The notes below the pieces were generated by a model. It was not told the DNA's origin, made no database searches, and saw only the letters and a program-made list of their open reading frames with translations. This document shows, in pieces, positions 59,606-64,000 of a stretch of DNA of 64,000 nucleotides. The stretch comes from Sphingobacteriaceae bacterium. Its GTDB lineage: Bacteria; Bacteroidota; Bacteroidia; UBA7662. Every line of letters starts with the position of its first letter. Position 1 is the stretch's first letter. Both the position numbers and the translations under genes were made by a program. The stretch is taken from NCBI GenBank assembly GCA_030682795.1, contig JAUXNJ010000010.1, positions 176,660 to 240,659 on the forward strand, given 5' to 3'.

Positions 59606-59641
59606 AAAAAAGCGCCAAACCGATATGGCTTGGCGCTTTTT
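59606..59641 (-). terminator. Intrinsic terminator of katG
   Basis: aaaaaagcgccaa...ttggcgcttttt. Confidence 0.85.
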
Positions 59642-59667
59642 AAAAGTATAAAGGTGGTTGCGGCAGC

Positions 59668-62001
<2,334 letters not shown>

Positions 62002-62197
62002 TTATGGAAGGACAACTTTGGTGCGCGAAAGAAAGTTCGATTTTGAAGTATTTAGGACTTATCGTGCAAGCTTTTGATTGGTTATTTAAAGAGGAATCTA
62101 ATCAGGGTGCTTTAGCATGTTAATTAAGCATTGGTTTTGGGGAATGATAGACTTGCCAGTTCAATGATGGATGCTGTATTTTACCCTGGTGTTCAGT

Positions 62198-64000
62198 TTA
62201 GCCCGTATTTTTTAAGCCACTCGACAAAGCATTGATGATGCTGAGGAGCTGAACGAGTAATTTTTCTTTTTCAACTTCCTCCGTGGCTGCCGTATTGCGC
62301 CATTTTTGGAGGTAATCGATGTGTAAATGATGCAGCACTGCAAGTTTGTCGTTGCGCCACAGCAGGTTGTCGTATTGCCCATTTCGTCGAATGGCCGCAG
62401 GCTGGTCAAAGAGCTCTTCAAGCAGCTCGAAGCCCTTTTGGTAATCGTCCAACAGCTTTTCCATAAACAAAGCACTTTGGTGCCCATCCTCCACCAAAGC
62501 AGCATATTGCCGCATCAGCTCAGCATTGGCCAAAATGAGGTTGGTTTCGGTTTGAATCATTAGAAATTTGAAAAATGGCCACGCTTGCACCCACTGCTTG
62601 AGCAATTGGTAATCGGCCGGTTTTTCGGTTTTGAGACCGTGCAGGGCGCTGCCTAAGCCATACCAGCCGGTGAGGGCAATGCGCGACAAATTCCAGCTGA
62701 ATACCCAAGGAATGGCCCGCAAATCGTTGAGGGTGCGGTTGCCAGTGCGTCGCGCAGGTCGGGAGCCGATTTTGCTTTGCTCCAAAACATCGATGCAGGT
62801 GGCTTGACTGTAAAACTGGATGAAGCCCGGACTTTCAATCAGTGCCCGGTATTGCGCAAACGAACGCTCGGCCAAATACGCCATCGAAGCCAAGGGATAG
62901 CTGGGTAAACTGCTTGCCTTTTTGTTCTGCACCAAATGCCTGGCAACGCCCGAAGCCAGGGCATTTAAATTGTATTTGGCGGTCATGGGATTCCCAAAAA
63001 GCTGGGCCACCGACTCGCCTTGCACGGTGATTTTTAAGGTGCCCACCAGGCTGTTTTCAGGCAAACTTTCTACAAAACGGTGATATTTACCGCCGCCCCT
63101 GCTGATGGTACCGCCGGTTCCATGGAAAAAATATACCGCCACCCCGTTTTTTCGCCCTACTTCGCTCAGCGCCATTTCGGCCTTGTGCAAATGCCACTTG
63201 CTGGCAATGGTGCCGCCATCTTTGTTGCTGTCGCTGTAGCCAAGCATCACCTCCTGCTGTGGGGCGGTCTTTTGCAAGCGAACCCGGGTAATGGGATGTT
63301 GGAGAAAGGCCTCTAAAATCTGTGGACCGTGGTGCAAGTCTTCAATGGTTTCAAGCAAGGGGACCACGCTCAAATGGGCACCCAACAACTGGGTTTCGCG
63401 CATGAAAAAATACACTACCAACAAATCACTCAAATTCCGGGTCATGCTTACGATAAAAGCACCTATCCCAGCCGCACCATAACGGTCAAGGTGCTGCCGT
63501 ACAGCGCGGTAGCAGTCGAGCACTTGGTCGGCCTCGGGACCGTAAATCGCCGTTACGTCGGTGAATGGACTGTTTTGGGACAGCTGTTGCGTTAAAAACG
63601 CCACCCGTTTCGACTCAGGCCATTGATCAAACTGAAAATCGTGTTCGCCTGCCGCCTGTAAAAGCTGCACCATCGCTTTGTCGTGGAAAGCGCTGTTTTG
63701 ACGGATGTCGAGCTTCGCCAAATGAAAGCCAAAGCACTGCACCGCCCTTTCGAGTGGAAAAAGCAGCGCTTCCGCCACCGCTTGCATGCCGTTTTCGTTT
63801 AAAAGCAATCTCAAAAAAGCCAGGTCAGCGGCAAAGTCCGCACTCGATTTGTAATACGTGCCCGCCAAGGCAAAAGCATCGCTCGCAGTGGCCTCGAGCT
63901 GCAGCAGGAGCAAATTGGCGTATTGGCGCCAGGGCTCATAAGGATTGCGCGCAATGGCCTGCTGGGCTGCGGCGCCCAACAAAACGGCTTTGCGCTCGAG
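62198..64000 (-). CDS. ppc: Phosphoenolpyruvate carboxylase (5' end outside the window)
   Basis: LDIRQNS, VPLLETIEDL, EVMLGYSDSNKDGG, FHGTGGTISRGG, LRAIPWVFSW and GLKNTG. Confidence 0.96.
   Translation of the reverse strand, partial: LERKAVLLGAAAQQAIARNPYEPWRQYANLLLLQLEATASDAFALAGTYYKSSADFAADLAFLRLLLNENGMQAVAEALLFPLERAVQCFGFHLAKLDIRQNSAFHDKAMVQLLQAAGEHDFQFDQWPESKRVAFLTQQLSQNSPFTDVTAIYGPEADQVLDCYRAVRQHLDRYGAAGIGAFIVSMTRNLSDLLVVYFFMRETQLLGAHLSVVPLLETIEDLHHGPQILEAFLQHPITRVRLQKTAPQQEVMLGYSDSNKDGGTIASKWHLHKAEMALSEVGRKNGVAVYFFHGTGGTISRGGGKYHRFVESLPENSLVGTLKITVQGESVAQLFGNPMTAKYNLNALASGVARHLVQNKKASSLPSYPLASMAYLAERSFAQYRALIESPGFIQFYSQATCIDVLEQSKIGSRPARRTGNRTLNDLRAIPWVFSWNLSRIALTGWYGLGSALHGLKTEKPADYQLLKQWVQAWPFFKFLMIQTETNLILANAELMRQYAALVEDGHQSALFMEKLLDDYQKGFELLEELFDQPAAIRRNGQYDNLLWRNDKLAVLHHLHIDYLQKWRNTAATEEVEKEKLLVQLLSIINALSSGLKNTG

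Overview
This is a 64-kb chromosomal window from a Bacteroidota bacterium, as shown by TAnnTTTG -7 promoters, T9SS C-terminal sorting domains and a DnaJ with only two zinc-finger repeats. The backbone is housekeeping: glutamine synthetase III, small-type purL, a split FadF/HdrD-like Fe-S oxidoreductase, tpx, grpE-dnaJ, a CoA-transferase, SAM-I riboswitch-controlled metH-metF, an ABC transporter, S41 peptidase, two histidine kinases, a PIF1-like helicase, alkB, signal-peptide katG and ppc. Three toxin-antitoxin pairs and an AT-rich accessory block (~22.4-31.3 kb) of secreted or lipoprotein genes interrupt it. No integrase, transposase, tRNA, rRNA or CRISPR array was found. The most notable signals are small repeat-bounded elements with no recombinase. 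(1) A GxxExxY PD-(D/E)XK gene fills the whole metH-metF gap between mutually complementary arms built from 9-nt units. (2) An AAA+/DUF4143 ATPase-nuclease gene sits between two 57-bp palindromic direct repeats. (3) A ~3-kb island is bounded by a 141-bp duplication of an esterase promoter and 5' end. (4) Similar repeat arms or tandem palindromes occur without any cargo gene. All product calls come from motif recognition, not database searches.
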